From: Mizuhopecten yessoensis
Lineage: Eukaryota
DNA length: 64,000 nucleotides
Direction of reading: 5' to 3'
Assembly: GCF_002113885.1 (NCBI RefSeq)
Contig: NW_018405944.1
Coordinates: 2,011,931 to 2,075,930, forward strand
Of this stretch, positions 62,351 through 64,000 are shown piece by piece. The notes below the pieces were generated by a model. It was given only the letters and a program-made list of their open reading frames with translations. It made no database searches and was not told the origin of the DNA. Each line of letters opens with the position of its first letter. The first letter of the stretch is position 1. The translations under genes and the position numbers were made by a program.

Positions 62351-64000
62351 GACATGTACTGTAGATAAGGACACGGGCAGTAGATAGGGACATGGGCAGT
62401 AGTAAGGAGAACGGATAGTAGTTAGGGACATGGACTGTAGATAATTATAAGGACACGGGCAGTAGTAAGGAGAACGGACAGTCATTATGGACATGGACTG
62501 TAGATAAGGGCACGGGCAATAGTTAGGGACATGGACTGTAGATAAGGACACGGACAGTAACTAGCGACATGGACTGTAGATAGGGACATGGGCAGTAGTA
62601 AGGAGAACGGACAGTAATTATTGACATGGACTGTAGATAAGGGCACGGGCAATAGTTAGGGACATGGATTGTAGATAAGGACACGGGCAGTAGTAGGGAG
62701 AATGGACAGTAACTAGGGAGTTCGACTGTAGATAATGACACGGGTAATAGCAAGGAGAATGGACAGTAATTAGTGACATGGGCAGTAGTTATGGACATGG
62801 ACTGTAGATAAGGACATGGGCAGTATTTAGGGACATGGACTCAAGATAAGGACATGGACAGTAGTAAGGAGAATGGACAGTAATTAGGGACATGGACTGT
62901 AATAAGGACACGGGCAGTAGTAAGGAGAATGGGTTGTAGTTAGGGACATGGACTGTAGATAAGGACATGGGCAGTAGTAAGGAGAATGGATAGTAATTAG
63001 GGAAGAACGGACAGTAATTATTGACATGGACTGTAGATAAGGGCACGGGCAATAGTTAGGGACATGGATTGTAGATAAGGACGCGGGCAGTAGTAAGGAG
63101 AATGGACAGTAACTAGTGACATGGGCAGTAGTTATGGACATGGACTGTAGATAAGGGCATGGACTGTAGATAAGGACATGGGCAGTATTTAGGGACATGG
63201 ACTCAAGATAAGGACATGGACAGTAGTAAGGAGAATGGGCAGTAATTAGGGACATGGACTGTAGATAAGGATATGGGCAGTAGTTAAGGATTTGGACTGT
63301 AGATAAGGACACGGGCAGTAGTTAGGGACATGGACTGTCGATAAGGACACGGGCAGTAGAAAGTAGAGTGGACATTAATTAGGGGCATGGACTGTAGATA
63401 AGGACACGGACAATAGCAAGGAGAACGGACAGTAATTAGGGACATGGACTGTAGATAAGGACATGGGCAGTAGTAAGGAGAATGGATAGTAATTAGGGAA
63501 GAACGGACAGTAATTATTGACATGGACTGTAGATAAGGGCACGGGCAATAGTTAGGGACATGGATTGTAGATAAGGACACGGGCAGTAGAAAGGAGAATG
63601 GGCAGTAGTTAGGGACATGTGCTGTTATAAGGACACGGGCAGTAGTAAGGAGAATGGACAGTAAATAGGGACATGGACTTTAGATAAGGACATGGGCAGT
63701 AGTAAGGAGAATGGACAGTCATTAGGGACATGGACTGTAATAAGGACACGGGCAATAAGGTCACGGGCAATAGTTAGGGACATGGACTGTAGATAATGAC
63801 ACGGACAGTAACTAGCGACATGGACTGTAGATAGGGACATGGGCAGTAGTAAGGAGAACGGACAGTAATTATTGACATGGACTGTAGATAAGGGCACGGG
63901 CAATAGTTAGGGACATGGATTGTAGATAAGGACACGGGCAGTAGAAAGGAGAATGGGCAGTAGTTAGGGACATGTACTGTTATAAGGACACGGGCAGTAG
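62338..64000. repeat. 19-bp G-rich satellite C, second array (runs off the window)
   Basis: Same subunits as 59295-59794. Confidence 0.95.

Noticed and set aside
59252-63903. Cys/Pro-rich ORFs (YCPCPY) resembling keratin-associated or metallothionein-like proteins
   Set aside because: Arise from a 19-bp unit that cycles through frames with frequent stops.

Overview
AT-rich, repeat-dense eukaryotic DNA, most likely a bivalve mollusc (inferred from V-domain SINEs, Helentron-type interspersed elements and ISL2EU/Crypton/Penelope remnants). The largest gene is a complete 21-exon PPP1R21 orthologue (minus strand, 45827-23271, about 788 aa, every junction GT-AG and phase-consistent). At the left are two tandem paralogues of an unannotated 4-coding-exon gene (256 and 216 aa) with an N-terminal AKAP-type amphipathic helix, a C-terminal WIRRNLLCCF motif and a shared CRE/X-box-like promoter. 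The right end is a composite of telomere-hexamer-containing satellites around a duplicated 0.9-kb core, plus an orphan tyrosine-motif exon. Best leads: (1) tandem arrays seeded exactly on PPP1R21 splice junctions, creating runs of decoy acceptors/donors; (2) the AKAP-like gene pair; (3) about 158-bp tRNA-bearing TGT..ACA elements with 4-bp TSDs, one retaining a tRNA-His-like PBS (Pol III-promoter TRIM); (4) the CCCTAA-array / core / TTAGGG-array cassette. All calls are by eye; no database searches were run.
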